A DNA stretch of 64,000 bases, from positions 1,427-65,426 of the forward strand of contig CAWJRV010000028.1 in NCBI GenBank assembly GCA_963845355.1, in the 5' to 3' direction. The notes under the pieces were generated by a model. The model saw only the letters and a list, made by a program, of their open reading frames with translations. It had not been told where the DNA came from and ran no database searches. The DNA comes from an uncultured Actinomycetes bacterium (GTDB lineage Bacteria; Actinomycetota; Thermoleophilia; UBA2241). Below are positions 63,959 to 64,000 of this stretch, one piece after another (the first letter of the stretch is position 1; each line of letters opens with the position of its first letter). The position numbers were made by a program, and so were the translations under genes.

Positions 63959-64000
63959 GCTCGCCCGGACCATCGCAGACGACGCGCTGACGAACGTATG

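Overview
High-GC bacterial chromosome segment whose gene order looks actinobacterial. All calls come from reading the sequence and ORF track by eye, with no database search. Many long ORFs in the track are out-of-frame or antisense artefacts of the GC bias and were ignored.

Left host block (1-28.5 kb): the 5' part of topA, a STAS antagonist, a TPR protein, an amidohydrolase, Asp23, an MgtE-N/CBS protein, an NCS1 permease, a deaminase fusion and a CaCA exchanger. Then comes the conserved fhaA-fhaB-pstP-rodA-pbpA-pknB operon plus a second membrane Ser/Thr kinase. The block ends with tRNA-Leu, pheA, an L,D-transpeptidase, serS, OsmC and tRNA-Ser(TGA).

Centre (28454-50270): a ~21.8 kb element integrated into the 3' end of tRNA-Ser(TGA), bounded by a 60/61-nt direct repeat.
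- It carries a tyrosine integrase, a divergent regulator/Cro-like switch, Xis-like HTH genes and a replication-organiser-like gene with internal palindromic iterons.
- It also has an HNH-AP2 remnant, a giant ~2,100-codon reading frame split over several frames, and an NlpC/P60 peptidase.
- Further right are a DUF5678-like/retropepsin-like pair, membrane/Ig-like proteins, a truncated serine recombinase with a double-HTH partner, a SAM methyltransferase and two tiny membrane peptides.
- I recognise no capsid, terminase, portal or tail genes and no conjugation ATPase or relaxase.
- Many of its longer genes are interrupted by single-frame switches, while every flanking host gene I could read is intact.

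Right host block (50.3-64 kb): a zinc-ribbon peptide, three HAD hydrolases, an RDD protein, a ferritin-like protein, a GH9 glycosidase, an M20 peptidase, a beta-propeller repeat protein, tadA, a GNAT, and tRNA-Ser(GCT), tRNA-Arg(ACG), tRNA-Ser(GGA), tRNA-Ser(CGA) and tRNA-Val(CAC).
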